DNA of 64,000 nucleotides from an uncultured Candidatus Saccharibacteria bacterium (GTDB lineage: Bacteria; Patescibacteriota; Minisyncoccia; Phycocordibacterales; DSPV01): the NCBI GenBank assembly GCA_964617735.1, contig CAZTXT010000002.1:12536-76535 (forward strand), read 5' to 3'. A model generated the notes under the pieces. The model saw nothing but the letters and a program-made list of their open reading frames with translations. It had not been told where the DNA came from and did not search any database. This document shows, piece by piece, positions 1 through 9,454 of this stretch (positions within the stretch are counted from its first letter, which is position 1; the number at the start of each line of letters is the position of its first letter). A program made the position numbers and the translations under genes.

Positions 1-345
1 AATCAGCACTATTCTCTGCCATTGACCGAGCACCAGACGCTCGTTCTCTACCGGCACTGTCAGCGACGTACCGATAGCGCTCGAGAGAATATGGTCCGGC
101 ATGTGTTCCGGATTATGCGGATGTCGAAACTGCAGTTTGGGGACAATTTTCTCGAACGCATCGAGATAGTCCTGGTCTGTGCCGCCCGGGTCGAGGTCTG
201 CGGTAGTGAGCGCCGCAGAGGTATGCGTCAGAAAAAGCAAGATGACACCGTCGTCGACGCTTTGCTCATCAGCATAGCGCTGTATCTCATCGGTGATATC
301 GATCACCTCTTTCGGTTTCGTCGATAAGAACGCCAGCCTTCTCAT
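1..345 (-). CDS. YjbQ/UPF0047 family protein, partial; the C-terminus runs off the window start
   Basis: Absent from the supplied ORF track. Manual minus-strand translation from the ATG at 345-343 gives MRRLAFLSTKPKEVIDITDEIQRYADEQSVDDGVILLFLTHTSAALTTADLDPGG...HMPDHILSSAIGTSLTVPVENERLVLGQWQRIVLI. This matches the YjbQ HTSA(S/A)L and GxWQ blocks. There is no stop before position 1. The start codon overlaps the stop of the next gene (TAATG). Confidence 0.6.
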   Translation of the reverse strand, partial: MRRLAFLSTKPKEVIDITDEIQRYADEQSVDDGVILLFLTHTSAALTTADLDPGGTDQDYLDAFEKIVPKLQFRHPHNPEHMPDHILSSAIGTSLTVPVENERLVLGQWQRIVLI

Positions 346-710
346 TAGTTTCCAAACGTTCCGTCTTTGCGCGAATGCAGATAGATTTTGTTCCCATCAG
401 GATCGGCAATGGCCGCTCCGTGACACACGGGTGTCTCGTAGTGCTCATCAATAATCTTCACCCCTTTCTTCTTCAGCTCCGCGAGTGTCTTCTGGACGTC
501 CTCAACTGAAAACGCGACGCTCGCACACTTACCAATTGAATCTTTATCAAAGGTTCCAATATCAAAAGTGACATTTCCCGCTTCAAATTCTGCCCACGTA
601 TCTCCCGGCTCCCCGTAGGGCTTCAAGCCAAGTATATTCTTATAAAAATCCATTGCTTTTTTAAGATCTGATACATGGTACATCACAAAATCAGCACCTC
701 GTATTTTCAT
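345..710 (-). CDS. VOC (glyoxalase/bleomycin-resistance/dioxygenase) family protein
   Basis: 121-aa ORF with a glyoxalase-like beta-alpha-beta-beta-beta sequence pattern (MKIRGADFVMYHVSDLKKAMDFYKNILGL...). Confidence 0.65.
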   Translation of the reverse strand: MKIRGADFVMYHVSDLKKAMDFYKNILGLKPYGEPGDTWAEFEAGNVTFDIGTFDKDSIGKCASVAFSVEDVQKTLAELKKKGVKIIDEHYETPVCHGAAIADPDGNKIYLHSRKDGTFGN

Positions 711-767
711 AGTATAACGATTATTTTTTAATGCCCATCAGTATATCACTCTAGAGTGAGTTTTCGA

Positions 768-1136
768 TTATTTCTTTTTCCATCCAATATTCTGTTTTAC
801 GCGAAATCGTACTATCTTCCGGATAAGATTGAGTGGCAATGGTTTATCGAACGGGATCCGGATGGTTCCTTTTGACGTTAGGTATTTTGAAAGCTCCTTA
901 CGAAAGGCGCGGATAGCAGACGATCCCGCAGGGAAAAAACTTACATGATCTGCAAAGGCACCAAAATGCACGAGGTTTCCATGTAGCGTGAACGTCGGAA
1001 TTTGATAGCTAATCTTCTCTTTCGCTTCCGGTGCCGCTTTTTTAATCGTCTGCCGTATCAGGCGCAGCATCTTCTGCACATTCCTTGGATGCCTTTTGAT
1101 ATACTGTTCTATGGTTTTATACGCTGCTTTTTTCAT
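768..1136 (-). CDS. DUF1801 (YdhG/YjbR-like) domain protein
   Basis: 122-aa ORF with good coding appearance that resembles small DUF1801 proteins. The assignment is from memory only. Confidence 0.4.
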   Translation of the reverse strand: MKKAAYKTIEQYIKRHPRNVQKMLRLIRQTIKKAAPEAKEKISYQIPTFTLHGNLVHFGAFADHVSFFPAGSSAIRAFRKELSKYLTSKGTIRIPFDKPLPLNLIRKIVRFRVKQNIGWKKK

Positions 1137-1172
1137 AGAAAAATCCTACCTCAAACCTTTTGAAATGCAATA

Positions 1173-2027
1173 TTAATGGGAAAATAAATCATTTTTATTT
1201 AGAAACTCGATAAGTATATCTGACAATTTATCTTCCTTTTCCTGAAAATCGTGATCGCAATCGGTAATCTGATAGGTTTGAGTTCTTTGATTTTCCCTCT
1301 TCATCAGTTCAAGAGCATCTTTAATGGGGATGACTGTATACTCATTTTCATCGCCAATAACTGCAAGTATTGGGATTTTTATCTTCGAGAAACCAGGCAA
1401 TTTCTTTTTATGAAATGGTAGGGCGTCATCAAAAGCAGGGTTCGCATCTGAGAAATTAACATACGAATCGGCAGACTTAGGCATTATATCTGCATATGCA
1501 TTTCTATCTAGAAAAAAATCTCCTTTACCTTCTACAACAAATTTCTGAGCCTGTTCTAACTTCTTCTCATAATCTTTTACAAGAAAGGGTTCAGATCCTG
1601 GGGAGGTAGCCGGTGCAAGTAAAATAATTGCGGAAATCTTATCGCTATGCTTTCCGTGAAGCATGTAGTAGACGACTTTTTCAGTTCCCAAACTATGTCC
1701 TGACAGTATAATTTTCTTATAGCCCTCTTCGAGAGCGAATTCAACCCAGGCATCAATATCTATAATGCAATCCTCGAATTTCTCAACCGCAGCACCATTT
1801 CCTTGCCAGGCATCATAAACGCCAACTCCCCGATTGTTGGTCGATAACATCGACATGCCACTTTCTGAAAGCCTTTTCGTCAAAACTTCAACAAAATATT
1901 CTTCATAGAAATTACTCGCTGTACCGTGAATATTGAGAAAAACGGTTTTACTTTTGTCAGCACGTAGATGTAGCGCATGGAGCCAGATCCCGTCCGGCGT
2001 CTTTATTCGTTCTATGGGATAATCCAT
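1173..2027 (-). CDS. alpha/beta-fold hydrolase
   Basis: Has a GHSLG nucleophile-elbow motif and a typical alpha/beta hydrolase length. The start was moved to the internal Met (MDYPIERIK) at 2027 to remove an 88-nt overlap with the secA 3' end. Confidence 0.65.
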   Translation of the reverse strand: MDYPIERIKTPDGIWLHALHLRADKSKTVFLNIHGTASNFYEEYFVEVLTKRLSESGMSMLSTNNRGVGVYDAWQGNGAAVEKFEDCIIDIDAWVEFALEEGYKKIILSGHSLGTEKVVYYMLHGKHSDKISAIILLAPATSPGSEPFLVKDYEKKLEQAQKFVVEGKGDFFLDRNAYADIMPKSADSYVNFSDANPAFDDALPFHKKKLPGFSKIKIPILAVIGDENEYTVIPIKDALELMKRENQRTQTYQITDCDHDFQEKEDKLSDILIEFLNKNDLFSH

Positions 2028-2032
2028 TTGAT

Positions 2033-4534
2033 CTATTTTTGCTGACTCATCAATCTCTGGTGCTCTTCCGTATTGAGCATCCCACACTTTTTGTATTTCT
2101 TCCCGCTTCCGCAAAGGCAAAGGTCATTGCGGCCGAGTTCATTTTTATTCCGGTGAGACACCGTGACATTTCCGGTGCGCGTGATTTCAGCGGCTTTCTT
2201 TCGAACCTGCTCCATTTCCTTATCCTGTTGTGCAAAAGCACCCGCTGCCAGATTGGGTAGCACGTTGAGGATCTGCGCGCCGATAGCCATTTCCATTTCC
2301 TTGAACAACCGCAAACCTTCTTTCTTGTACTCCACCAGTGGGTCTCGCTGGCCATACGCACGTAGGTTCACCGAACCCCGCATATAATCCATGATCTCAA
2401 GGTGGTCGACCCAAAACATATCAATCGCCTGCAGAATGACGCGGCGCATTACAGTGTAGAACTCGGTATCCCCTAACTCCTTCTTTTTGCTTTCGATCAT
2501 CTTCTGGGCCTCTTCGCTTCCCTCCGCGATCTTCGCGAGATAATCGTCAATCGCGCGCGATTCGCCCACGAGCACCGCACGACGGCGCTCATAGATGGTT
2601 TTTCGTTGATGATTCATCACGTCGTCATACTCAAGCACATGCTTGCGCGCATCGAAATTGTAGCCCTCAATCTTCGTCTGGGCCGTCTCGATGGAGCGGG
2701 TTATCATCCGATTCTCGATCGGTTCATCTTCGGCAACGCCCAGGCGCGCCATCATGGATTTCATCGTGTCGCGCGGAAACACGCGCATGAGTTCATCTTC
2801 GAGAGAAACGAAAAACTGTGTCTCGCCCGGATCTCCCTGACGACCTGAACGGCCGCGCAACTGGTTGTCGATCCTTCGCGCTTCGTGCCGCTCGGTCCCG
2901 AGCACAAAGAGACCGCCAAGATCTTTCACTGCTCTGTATTGCTCGTCTGACGCAGGGATCCCGCCGAGCTTTATATCGACGCCACGCCCTGCCATATTCG
3001 TTGCGATGGTCACCGCGCTCTTTCGCCCTGCTTGAGCGATTATCTCGCCCTCCCGCTCGTGGTTCTTCGCATTGAGCACCTCGTGCTTCACCCCCTCGCG
3101 CGAAAGATATCCCGATAGTACTTCATTTTTCTCGATGGAGACCGTACCAACGAGCACCGGCTGCCCTTTTGCATTGAGCTCCTTTATCTTGCGCGCCACC
3201 GCGGTGAATTTTCCTTTCTCACTCTGGAAGATAAGGTCGTTTTGGTCGCCGCGCACCATCTCGCGGTTCGTCGGGATCGCTATCGTCTCGAGCCCATAGA
3301 CTTTGAAGAATTCCTCTTTCGACGTGAGCGCCGTGCCGGTCATACCCGAGAGTTTTTTATATAACCGAAAATAATTCTGGAACGTGATGGAAGCGAACGT
3401 CCGCGATTCTTTCTGGATAGCAACGCCCTCTTTCGCTTCAATAGCCTGGTGCAGACCTTCCGACCAGCGGCGCCCGGGCTGAAGGCGTCCGGTGAACTCG
3501 TCGACAATGACGATCTGTCCATCTTTCACCACGTACTCTTTGTCTTTATGAAAGAGCCCCCGCGCTTTTGTCGCGGTCTCGAGATGGTGGACGTATTTGA
3601 TACCCTTGTCGGTATAGATATTCCCCACGTTAAGGCGCTGCTCGGCTTTTGCGATACCGGCATCGGTGAGCGTCACCGCGTGAAGTTTCTTATCGAGCTC
3701 GTATTCTCTTCCCTCCTCGAAATCACGGACAAGAGAAGCAAAGGTCTTGTAGAGATCTTCCGACTCGGAGGTCATGGCAGAGATGATGAGCGGGGTGCGT
3801 GCCTCGTCGATGAGTATCGAATCTATCTCATCGACAATAGCAAAATTGAACGGGCGTTGGCGCAAGGCTTTTTCTTCATATTCGAGGTTATCGCGTAGAT
3901 AATCGAATCCAAATTCGTTATTCGTGCCATAGGTGATATCCGCCTCATACGCTTCGCGACGGGTGCACGGCCGCAAGAATTCGTAGACAACCTTGAATGA
4001 ACCGACGGCATCGCGCGTCTCATCGAGCTCTTTGTGCTCGGGGTCATAGCGATAGGATGAATCATGATTGATGACTCCGACCGAAAGCCCGAGTGCGTTG
4101 TAAATCTGCCCCATCCACACGGCATCGCGGCGTGAAAGATAATCGTTGACCGTCACTACATGCACTCCCTTCGCCGAGAGCGCATTGAGGTAGGCCGGCA
4201 GGGTCGCCACCAGCGTCTTGCCTTCGCCGGTCTTCATCTCCGCGATCATTCCCCAGTGCAGTACGATGCCGCCGATAAGCTGAACATCGAAGTGCCGCTG
4301 ACCGAGGGTTCGCTTCGCTGTCTCGCGCACCGCCGCGAACGCTTCGGGTAGGATATCGTCGAGCGCCTCACCCGCAGAAAGCCGGTTTCTGAAGTCGTGC
4401 GCTTTTTTCTTCAGCGCTTCATCGGAAAGGGATTGGAATTCAGGCTCCAGTGCATTGATACGCGCGACCAGCGGTTGTGCTTTTTGCACGATCTTGTCAT
4501 TTTCGCTACCAAAAATTCGGCTCAAAAAAGCCAT
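2033..4534 (-). CDS. secA: preprotein translocase ATPase SecA
   Basis: 833-aa ORF with a canonical SecA N-terminus (MAFLSRIFGSENDKIVQKAQPLV...), DEAD-like motor motifs and a C-terminal zinc-binding CLCGSGKKYKKCG tail. Confidence 0.97.
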   Translation of the reverse strand: MAFLSRIFGSENDKIVQKAQPLVARINALEPEFQSLSDEALKKKAHDFRNRLSAGEALDDILPEAFAAVRETAKRTLGQRHFDVQLIGGIVLHWGMIAEMKTGEGKTLVATLPAYLNALSAKGVHVVTVNDYLSRRDAVWMGQIYNALGLSVGVINHDSSYRYDPEHKELDETRDAVGSFKVVYEFLRPCTRREAYEADITYGTNNEFGFDYLRDNLEYEEKALRQRPFNFAIVDEIDSILIDEARTPLIISAMTSESEDLYKTFASLVRDFEEGREYELDKKLHAVTLTDAGIAKAEQRLNVGNIYTDKGIKYVHHLETATKARGLFHKDKEYVVKDGQIVIVDEFTGRLQPGRRWSEGLHQAIEAKEGVAIQKESRTFASITFQNYFRLYKKLSGMTGTALTSKEEFFKVYGLETIAIPTNREMVRGDQNDLIFQSEKGKFTAVARKIKELNAKGQPVLVGTVSIEKNEVLSGYLSREGVKHEVLNAKNHEREGEIIAQAGRKSAVTIATNMAGRGVDIKLGGIPASDEQYRAVKDLGGLFVLGTERHEARRIDNQLRGRSGRQGDPGETQFFVSLEDELMRVFPRDTMKSMMARLGVAEDEPIENRMITRSIETAQTKIEGYNFDARKHVLEYDDVMNHQRKTIYERRRAVLVGESRAIDDYLAKIAEGSEEAQKMIESKKKELGDTEFYTVMRRVILQAIDMFWVDHLEIMDYMRGSVNLRAYGQRDPLVEYKKEGLRLFKEMEMAIGAQILNVLPNLAAGAFAQQDKEMEQVRKKAAEITRTGNVTVSHRNKNELGRNDLCLCGSGKKYKKCGMLNTEEHQRLMSQQK

Positions 4535-4573
4535 GGTGCAGGCATTTTAGCACAAAAAGCGCTGATACCGAAG

Positions 4574-5587
4574 TTACCGGATCATCCTTACCTCGGGCTC
4601 AATGACGATGCCGACCGATCGGTGCACTGCGGTTGCGATCTTCTCTGCCAATGTCTCAACGTCTTGAGCGGTTGCGGTGCCTGCAGTGCAGATAACGAGT
4701 GCCTGCTTGGGTGAGACAGAGGCATCACCCACACGGAGGTTCTTCAATTTACAGACGTGATCGATTATCCATGCGAGTGAAAGTTTGTAGTGCCCCTTCC
4801 CTTCCGCAAAAGCGGGTAGTTCAGGATGTTCTTTCTTCAGTTTTTTGTATACCGCAGTGCTTACGATTGGGTTCTTGAAGAAGGATCCTGCAGTACCAGT
4901 CGTCTCTAGATCGGGGAATTTTCTGCTCCGGATCTCAAGGATCGCCGCGCGTATCTCGGAAAGAGACGGCCGGTTGTTTTTTGAGAAATGCGCTGCGACA
5001 TCTTTATAGGAAAGCCGAGGATGCGCTACTCTTGAGAGCGAGAGCGTGACCTTGGCGATGATAAGGTGCTTCGCTTCGTTCTTGAAGATACTGTCGCGGT
5101 AGCCGAGACGACAATCCCGTTTGGATACCGTGCGGATCGCGGAGGTTTTCGGATCGAATACCTCGACGCTGACCAGCAACTCTTTGAGCTCAACGCCATA
5201 CGCCCCGATGTTCTGCACTGGAGCGCCGCCGACCGTTCCGGGAATGCCTGAAAGATTCTCAAGCCCCCACAATCCCTTATCCACGCACAGCTGTACCAGA
5301 TCATCCCACGATTCCCCCGCGCCGACCTTAACCTCGACCGTTCCCTTTTTTTCAGAAAACTCGATGCCGAGTAGATTTATCTGTATCACAAGCCCCGGAA
5401 ATCCCGCGTCCGAGATGAGAACGTTCGAGCCGCCGCCCAGTGCAAGGATAGGAAGGCGTTCCTTTTTGGCGAACGCAACCGCAGTGTGTAAATCGGCAAG
5501 AGATTCCGCACGGCAAAAAAATCGGGCTTTCCCCCCGATTCTAAAGGTCGTCAACGACGAAAGCGGAACATGTTCTTCGATGGTCAT
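4574..5587 (-). CDS. murB: UDP-N-acetylenolpyruvoylglucosamine reductase MurB
   Basis: FAD-binding MurB signature (LSSLTTFRIGGKARFF...LGGGSNVL...) and a C-terminal MurB domain. The start was placed at the internal Met MTIEEH (5587); the track start is 5650. Confidence 0.85.
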   Translation of the reverse strand: MTIEEHVPLSSLTTFRIGGKARFFCRAESLADLHTAVAFAKKERLPILALGGGSNVLISDAGFPGLVIQINLLGIEFSEKKGTVEVKVGAGESWDDLVQLCVDKGLWGLENLSGIPGTVGGAPVQNIGAYGVELKELLVSVEVFDPKTSAIRTVSKRDCRLGYRDSIFKNEAKHLIIAKVTLSLSRVAHPRLSYKDVAAHFSKNNRPSLSEIRAAILEIRSRKFPDLETTGTAGSFFKNPIVSTAVYKKLKKEHPELPAFAEGKGHYKLSLAWIIDHVCKLKNLRVGDASVSPKQALVICTAGTATAQDVETLAEKIATAVHRSVGIVIEPEVRMIR

Positions 5588-5710
5588 GGATTTCAGCCCG
5601 CTATGGCCGGCGGGGCCAGCTCCTAAAACTAATGTCTTATATGAGTGCAACCGCCGGCCATAGCGAGACGCAACCCGATGCTAAGTATAGCAAAACCATG
5701 AAAAACGAAA

Positions 5711-5734
5711 GACCCCGCCGAGGCGGGGTTTTTC
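5711..5734. terminator. GC hairpin (ccccgc-gag-gcgggg) with a T-tract, intrinsic-terminator-like
   Basis: Seen directly: gaccccgccgaggcggggttttt. It lies in the intergenic region downstream of the minus-strand GT9-like gene. Confidence 0.45.
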
Positions 5735-5814
5735 GCAGACATTCGTTAGGGCTAGCGTCGGCTAGCACTCACAACACAGAGGTTACCATATTTCTCATAA
5801 AAATGCAAATTTAT

Positions 5815-5850
5815 AAAAAAGCGGCATTTTGGTAACTACCAAAATGCCGC
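5815..5850 (-). terminator. rho-independent terminator downstream of the minus-strand gene ending at 5874
   Basis: A 12-bp perfect stem gcggcattttgg/ccaaaatgccgc with loop taacta. On the minus strand it is followed by TTTTTT (plus-strand aaaaaa at 5815-5820). Confidence 0.7.
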
Positions 5851-5873
5851 TTTGAGTACAAACGATCGAGGGG

Positions 5874-6986
5874 TCAGATAAAGTCTCGAACGGATCGGGC
5901 GATCCGTTCGGCGCTCTTGCCGTCAACATGTAATCGATCACGGAGAGCGATCGCAGTCGGAATGTCCGACGCGATTTGCGTCTCAGCAACAGAAACATCG
6001 GATATGAGTGGGTAGATTTTCGAGATGAATTCCTCCGGTGAAGAAACTTCAGAGGTCGCTCCATATTCAACAGTCGGATACCGAGTCAGCCCTCCAAGAG
6101 ATTCCGTCATCTTGTTTCTGCCCACTTCCGAGGTCCAACTGACTGACACGCAACCGAGAAGTGCCGCCTCTACGAGACCAGTCGAATAGCAAGCGACCAC
6201 AACATCAGAATACAACATGTACTGGTGCGTCGTCGCCATGCTGTTAACCCAAAGGATCGGGACTTTCGCTTTTTTCACGGAATCGAGCCAGATCTTACAA
6301 AGAACCGGGTCGCCAAGAAACTTAGGATGCAACCCAACGATAAGGAGTGTGTTGAAGGGATCCTCGTTCACAGCCTTGATCACACCCTCGAGGTACGGAG
6401 TTGTGCTCTCGTCTTGCCCGAGAATATACACTGTCCGGGCAAAGCCTGCAGTGAGTGTATGCAAGAGAGGGTGACTCGGCACGCTCCCGGTCGCAAAGAC
6501 ATCGAACGCGGGTGAACCAGTCTCAACGATGATTGGTTTGTCGTGATAGTATCGTTCGATCATCTGCACGCCCACGCAGTCGAGCGTACAAACAAGATCG
6601 GGGACAACATCATTGGCACGCTGGTGACAACCCCAGATATCTTCGACAAAAACCACGGGAATGCTGCGGCTGTTGGCAATGAGGCAGATATCTCGCTCGA
6701 GATTGATCGGTGAGCCAAGGCTCGCCATCACAACATCGGGCTTGATCTTCTCGATAAGGTCAGCGGGGTCGATATCTCTACGCATGAGCGTCTTCGGGTC
6801 AAATTGACCTTCAGCAGGCACTCCGCCATAGACTTCGAAACCTGCTTCCTTTTGCCACCTCCTGATCGATAATCCTTCGGCGACGATAGTCACTACAAAA
6901 CCCTCCTTACTTAATAGTGCTGCCGGTTGGGTAAGCACTTGATAACCACCCATATCCTTCGTTACTACAAGTATCTTTTTGGCCAT
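5874..6986 (-). CDS. GT-B fold glycosyltransferase, GT9 (heptosyltransferase)-like
   Basis: The N-terminus KILVVTKDMGGYQVLTQPAALL resembles the GT9 ILVIRLSALGDVxLTTPAL motif. The length (370 aa) also fits GT9. The family call is tentative. Confidence 0.4.
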   Translation of the reverse strand: MAKKILVVTKDMGGYQVLTQPAALLSKEGFVVTIVAEGLSIRRWQKEAGFEVYGGVPAEGQFDPKTLMRRDIDPADLIEKIKPDVVMASLGSPINLERDICLIANSRSIPVVFVEDIWGCHQRANDVVPDLVCTLDCVGVQMIERYYHDKPIIVETGSPAFDVFATGSVPSHPLLHTLTAGFARTVYILGQDESTTPYLEGVIKAVNEDPFNTLLIVGLHPKFLGDPVLCKIWLDSVKKAKVPILWVNSMATTHQYMLYSDVVVACYSTGLVEAALLGCVSVSWTSEVGRNKMTESLGGLTRYPTVEYGATSEVSSPEEFISKIYPLISDVSVAETQIASDIPTAIALRDRLHVDGKSAERIARSVRDFI

Positions 6987-7120
6987 TTATGGCCTCCTTT
7001 CTAGGTTTTTGGTTTAACAATGTTCAAAACTAACCGAAGCACATAGTAACACAACCACTGTAAAAGTCAACAATCTCGTGATTGGATGCCCGTCTGTAGG
7101 TGAGAAAATTTGAATGAGGT

Positions 7121-9358
7121 TTAGGGATTTCTCCCCGCCTGGATCTCTTGAATGTAATAGTTGGCCTGATCTTTTTGTCCGGGAAAATCTTTGACGACAG
7201 TCTGAAGGATCGCGATAGCTTTCTGTCGCGCTCCACTGTTGAGGTAGGCTCCGGCGAGTGCGAAGCGCGCCTGCGGATCGAGCGGATCGTGATTAACCTG
7301 CGTCTCGAGCAGATGGATCGCAATGCTTGTTTTCCCCGCTGCCGAGTATGCGGAAACGAGCCGACTGTCGTATTCCTGTGTAGTGCCTGCAAGCGGCTCC
7401 ATGACTTTCTGAGCCGTATCAAAATCCTTTGCATAGATAAGAGCTACGGCGTAGATGATCCGCGCTTCATTGAAATCCGGTGCCAGATCATAGGCCTGCT
7501 TCATGATCTTCAACGCACTCGCAGCATCTCCCTTGTTGAGGTACGCAGACCCGAGCTCGAACATGATCGTCTGCTTGGTGGGAGAGAGTTCGAGTGCCCT
7601 GGTCAGATACTTGATCGCTTCATCGTAATTGTGAGAACGATTGAGGAATGAGCCAAGGAAAAGCTGGTAACGCGCGTCGTCCGGTGTCTTTTCTATCTGC
7701 TTGAGAAGCTCCGAGCGAGCCAGATCATAATATTGCTGTTTGAGCGTAAGATCCACCGACTGGGTATAGATGATCTGTAGTGCGCTTTGAGTGAGCTGCT
7801 CGCGGATCTCGGGATCGCCGAATGTATGCAACCCCAGTGTTTTCTGGAAATACTGCAAGTTCTTCGAAGGGCCCTCGGGCTGCGATTGTAGGGCATTGAT
7901 GAGCGTCGTCGAAGCGCGGAGCGCCGGCACATTGCATGCGTATGCCACAAAAACAACCAGCACGATGATGAGCGGCGTGATAATCCGATTCTGCAATGAA
8001 AGCGAAGCAGGAGCACGCTCGAACTTCCGAATAGACCATCCCGAAATGGAGTGCAGGTAGGCGAGTACCGCGAAGAACAGGATGTAGCTCGTGATGTTAT
8101 CGAAAACGAAAAGATTCTGAAAAAGATACGCGGCTAAAAGACCCGTCAGCACTGATTTCTCAAGAAGGTGCGGTATCTCGTGGCCTTTGGATAATTTGAG
8201 CCAACGGCTAAACCAATGCTTGAACGAGAAATCGAGCTCGGCCTGCTTCCATGTGTAGTAGAGGGCAAAAACCAAAATCGAAAGATATGCCAAGAGCCCT
8301 AAGATCCCGCCCGCGATGAGCCAATCGAAGATGACGTTGTGAGTTCGGTCGAACCATTGCTCCTGCGCATACATGTTAGGGTCGTAATACTTGTTGAAAA
8401 CATAATTGAAACTCTCCTGTCCCCAACCCACAAGGACTGTTTTAGGACTATCAGCAAATCCATGTAATGCCATCTTCCAGACCATGAAACGCGAACCCGC
8501 CTCACCGAAGGTGATAGAAGTGAGCCTCACCAACGAAGGCCGGCTGGTTACGAACGATGTATCTTTAAGTAGAGAGCCGAGAACGACCACCGCAAGCACC
8601 GCAGTGATAACGATGATACCCACGCGCCGGTGCACCGCATGATGAGAAAGCAGTGAGAGCAGGAGCGCAACGATGAAAAGACCGCCGAGCCAACCGAGGA
8701 TAGCGCCACGCGTCGCGGTGTGGTAGAGGATAAAAAGCTGCAGGAGCATCGTGGCTCCGTAGATCCAACGCCATGCGACCACTCGCCGCGATCGTACCAG
8801 CAAAAACAGGGTGATGAAAAAGTTGATGAGCATGAACGCCGCGAGATAGGTCGCATTGCCGAGCGTTCCGTCGAGCCGTACCCCTCCCTGATTGATGACT
8901 ATCTTCCCCGCAAGCTGCAACATGCCATAGATGGCCATGATGACGCTCGCGCCCACAGAGGTTTGGAAGAACCAGGTCCACTTCTTTTCAGTATTGAGCA
9001 CCGAAGAAGCAACGAGGAAATACGCGAAGAGATGCAGCAGCGTTATATATCCCTCCATCCGCTCGAAGTTGGACCAAAAACTCTTGAACGGATTAGCACT
9101 TAAAAGATCGGCGATGCCGATGATGACCAAAAACACGAAGATTCCCGCACCAAGCCACGAAAACTTCGGACGAAACGCAGGGTCGCGGAGAGCCAAGATA
9201 AGCCAAAGACCAAAGACGAATTCCGTGAGGAACCTGAACGCGAAGTTCTTGCCGGTGATGAACGGGAAAAACGAATGGGTCGCGATAATGAACGGGACAA
9301 AAAGGGTTAAGAAGAGGCCGGCGATGATCGCGTACTGGAGGTATTGGTTTATTTTCAT
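7121..9358 (-). CDS. O-antigen ligase/polymerase-like (Wzy_C) polytopic membrane protein with C-terminal TPR repeats
   Basis: About 10-12 predicted TM segments are followed by a soluble C-terminal region of about 250 aa with repeated TPR-like AxxxYxxxG blocks. The start was set to MKINQYL (9358); the track start is 9448. Confidence 0.7.
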   Translation of the reverse strand: MKINQYLQYAIIAGLFLTLFVPFIIATHSFFPFITGKNFAFRFLTEFVFGLWLILALRDPAFRPKFSWLGAGIFVFLVIIGIADLLSANPFKSFWSNFERMEGYITLLHLFAYFLVASSVLNTEKKWTWFFQTSVGASVIMAIYGMLQLAGKIVINQGGVRLDGTLGNATYLAAFMLINFFITLFLLVRSRRVVAWRWIYGATMLLQLFILYHTATRGAILGWLGGLFIVALLLSLLSHHAVHRRVGIIVITAVLAVVVLGSLLKDTSFVTSRPSLVRLTSITFGEAGSRFMVWKMALHGFADSPKTVLVGWGQESFNYVFNKYYDPNMYAQEQWFDRTHNVIFDWLIAGGILGLLAYLSILVFALYYTWKQAELDFSFKHWFSRWLKLSKGHEIPHLLEKSVLTGLLAAYLFQNLFVFDNITSYILFFAVLAYLHSISGWSIRKFERAPASLSLQNRIITPLIIVLVVFVAYACNVPALRASTTLINALQSQPEGPSKNLQYFQKTLGLHTFGDPEIREQLTQSALQIIYTQSVDLTLKQQYYDLARSELLKQIEKTPDDARYQLFLGSFLNRSHNYDEAIKYLTRALELSPTKQTIMFELGSAYLNKGDAASALKIMKQAYDLAPDFNEARIIYAVALIYAKDFDTAQKVMEPLAGTTQEYDSRLVSAYSAAGKTSIAIHLLETQVNHDPLDPQARFALAGAYLNSGARQKAIAILQTVVKDFPGQKDQANYYIQEIQAGRNP

Positions 9359-9454
9359 AGGGTACGCCCATGATATACAAAATCTTCTGCGAGAGCAAGA
9401 AAAAAATCCCTCCGCGCGAGCAGAGGGATTTTGCATTGTGGAGACCAAAGAACT

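Noticed and set aside
22-327. 101-aa plus-strand ORF at the window start
   Set aside because: It is Arg-rich and low-complexity and lies antisense to a well-conserved minus-strand YjbQ-family reading frame. It is a shadow ORF.
2033-2120. Apparent 88-nt overlap between secA and the downstream alpha/beta hydrolase
   Set aside because: It is resolved by using the internal Met at 2027 as the hydrolase start. The overlap is an artefact of taking the longest ORF.
2039-4714. Multiple 60-150-aa ORFs on both strands inside the secA coding region
   Set aside because: All are antisense or alternative-frame to the 833-aa SecA ORF, and none has coding-like composition or motifs.
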